The position numbers were made by a program, and so were the translations under genes. Below, piece after piece: positions 46,898-48,528 of a stretch of 48,528 nt of DNA. Location of the stretch: assembly GCA_011773475.1 (NCBI GenBank), contig WVXN01000001.1, positions 13,699-62,226 on the forward strand. Reading direction: 5' to 3'. Under the pieces are notes generated by a model, which saw only the letters and a list, made by a program, of their open reading frames with translations, was not told the DNA's origin and made no database searches. The first letter of the stretch is position 1; each line of letters opens with the position of its first letter. Origin of the DNA: Candidatus Aenigmatarchaeota archaeon. GTDB lineage: Archaea; Aenigmatarchaeota; Aenigmatarchaeia; Aenigmatarchaeales; Aenigmatarchaeaceae.

Positions 46898-48051
46898 GTA
46901 TATTTCCTCCTAAACTGGGATTCATTTAGAACTTCTGTTTTTCTATCTTTTACGATCATCACTCTTTCTAAACAACTGAAACAAGGATCCAAAGAACCAA
47001 CTATAACCGGTATATCTCCTATTTCCCTTTGTAGTAAAATTTTTTCAACTATTTTTAATGATGCAAAAGTTGGTGTTCTTATTTTAGCTCTTTCAATTTT
47101 ATTGTCTTTAAACTTTAGGTAATAAAATAACTCACCTCTCGGAGCTTCAATTCTTCCTATGCTTTCTCCATCTGGTATTTGCGTCAGTGTGAACTTTGGT
47201 ATAGGTTTTCTTGGCATTGTTTTTAAAATTTGTTTTATTATTCTTATTGATTCTGAGATTTCTTTTAATCTAACAATGGTCCTTGCTAGAGAATCACCTT
47301 CATCTTCTACTATTTCTTCGAAATCAAATTTTTTGTATATACCATAAGGTGGGTCTAACTTTCTTATGTCAGATTTCAAGCCACTTGCCCTAGCATTTGG
47401 ACCAACTATGCAATATCTCCTTGCATCTTCTTTTGTTATTACTCCTACTTCTTTTAATCTAGAAACTATTACATTATCTTTTTCAATATCAAAAACATAG
47501 GATTCTACCCTTTTTCTAAGACTTTCCAAATTTTTCAATATGAATGGTTTGTCTTTTGAATCGAAATCGTATCTAACTGTTTTCAATTTATTAAAATTAT
47601 GATGAACCCTTCCTCCTGTTATTTTCTCAAAAATATCAATTACCTTTTCCCTCTCTCTCCAGAAATACATAAACAGAGTTTCATATCCTATGTCATGAGC
47701 TATTAATCCTAACCAGAGAACATGGCTGTGCAATCTTTCTAATTCCATCATTAAAGCCCTTATCAGCTTAACTTTTTCATTGAGTTTAAACTTCAAAATA
47801 TTTTCAACTGTTCTACAATATGCGTTTTCATGAGCAGCAGAACAAATTCCACATATTCTTTGAGTTAAGTATAGAGCTGAGTCAGGGTTTTTTCCTTCTA
47901 AGATTTTTTCTATACCCTTATGAGTATAACCCATTCTTATATTAACATCTTGAATATAATTTCCATCTAAACTTACTCTTATGCACATTGGCTCTTTCAA
48001 TGCTGGATGCTGAGGTCCTATTGGTATAGTATAATCATGCATTTTTTTCAC
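46885..48051 (-). CDS. Group 4 [NiFe]-hydrogenase large subunit
   Basis: GPQHPALKEP, RICGICS (L1), EAPRGE, DPCFSCLER (L2) plus C-terminal extension. Confidence 0.95.
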   Translation of the reverse strand: MKKMHDYTIPIGPQHPALKEPMCIRVSLDGNYIQDVNIRMGYTHKGIEKILEGKNPDSALYLTQRICGICSAAHENAYCRTVENILKFKLNEKVKLIRALMMELERLHSHVLWLGLIAHDIGYETLFMYFWREREKVIDIFEKITGGRVHHNFNKLKTVRYDFDSKDKPFILKNLESLRKRVESYVFDIEKDNVIVSRLKEVGVITKEDARRYCIVGPNARASGLKSDIRKLDPPYGIYKKFDFEEIVEDEGDSLARTIVRLKEISESIRIIKQILKTMPRKPIPKFTLTQIPDGESIGRIEAPRGELFYYLKFKDNKIERAKIRTPTFASLKIVEKILLQREIGDIPVIVGSLDPCFSCLERVMIVKDRKTEVLNESQFRRKYTCTK

Positions 48052-48364
48052 TTCTTTTCTTTAATAGTGGTGGTTTTTTATTCCAATTGTCTGGTAAGAA
48101 TAGTTTCAAATGTAATTTAGGATTTCCTTCAAACTCTACACCAAAAAAATCATGGATTTCTCTCTCATAATAATCTGCATTAGGAAAAATGTCTACAATA
48201 GTTTCGAAAAACGGTTTTTTCTTTGAAACTTTAAAATTTAAAGCAATTATTTTCCCGTTATCATCAAAATAATAATTTAAAGTAAAATCTTCTTCATCCT
48301 TACAAACAATTGCTATTAGTCTTTTGTCTTCAAGTTTTCTTATTTCGTGTTTTGGGTCTTTCAT
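48035..48364 (-). CDS. Group 4 hydrogenase NuoC/EchD-like subunit
   Basis: YYEREIHDFFGVEFEGNP, LFLPDNW, PPL. Confidence 0.9.
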   Translation of the reverse strand: MKDPKHEIRKLEDKRLIAIVCKDEEDFTLNYYFDDNGKIIALNFKVSKKKPFFETIVDIFPNADYYEREIHDFFGVEFEGNPKLHLKLFLPDNWNKKPPLLKKRSEKNA

Positions 48365-48527
48365 CTAATCTACCTAAAAGTTTTAATAGGGCATACATTA
48401 TTGCTTCTGGTCTTGGTGGACATCCTGGAACATAAATATTAACAGGAATAACTTTATCTGTTGGCCCTACAAAGTTATACGCGTTTTTAAATGGTCCACC
48501 AGTTATTGAACAGGAACCAATTGCAAC
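48330..48527 (-). CDS. Group 4 hydrogenase small subunit (NuoB/EchC-like), 3' part, truncated by the window edge
   Basis: VAIGSCSITGGPF...IPVNIYVPGCPPRPEAI. Confidence 0.92.
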   Translation of the reverse strand, partial: VAIGSCSITGGPFKNAYNFVGPTDKVIPVNIYVPGCPPRPEAIMYALLKLLGRLDERPKTRNKKT

Positions 48528-48528
48528 T

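Noticed and set aside
46885..48051. Complex I NuoD rather than a hydrogenase
   Set aside because: Both Ni-binding CxxC motifs are intact and maturation genes are nearby.

Overview
AT-rich archaeal chromosomal segment, most consistent with a DPANN lineage such as Aenigmarchaeota (inference from a fused PriS-PriL primase, archaeal information genes and GGTGA Shine-Dalgarno sites). It holds five tRNA genes: Leu-TAG, intron-containing His-GTG, Cys-GCA, Pro-CGG and initiator Met. It also carries a cysteine cluster (wHTH, cysM/K, tRNA-Cys, cysS), the conserved PCNA-primase-GINS-L44e-S27e-aIF2a-Nop10-PAC2 cluster, thyX-glyA-tmk, a short SMC with ScpA/ScpB, an ArcE/cDPGS-family ligase, a large modular M64-type secreted protease and part of a group 4 [NiFe]-hydrogenase locus. 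Three observations stand out. (1) A ~5.8 kb array of six single-gene units follows tRNA-Leu, separated by copies of the tRNA 3' end and a second ~40-bp foldable repeat, with no integrase in view. (2) The wHTH gene heading the cysteine cluster is broken by a +1 frame shift next to a Cys codon, in a prfB-like context. (3) A membrane-anchored wHTH regulator and a small protein in its divergent gene cluster share the same acidic C-terminal tail. All calls come from reading the sequence; no searches were run.
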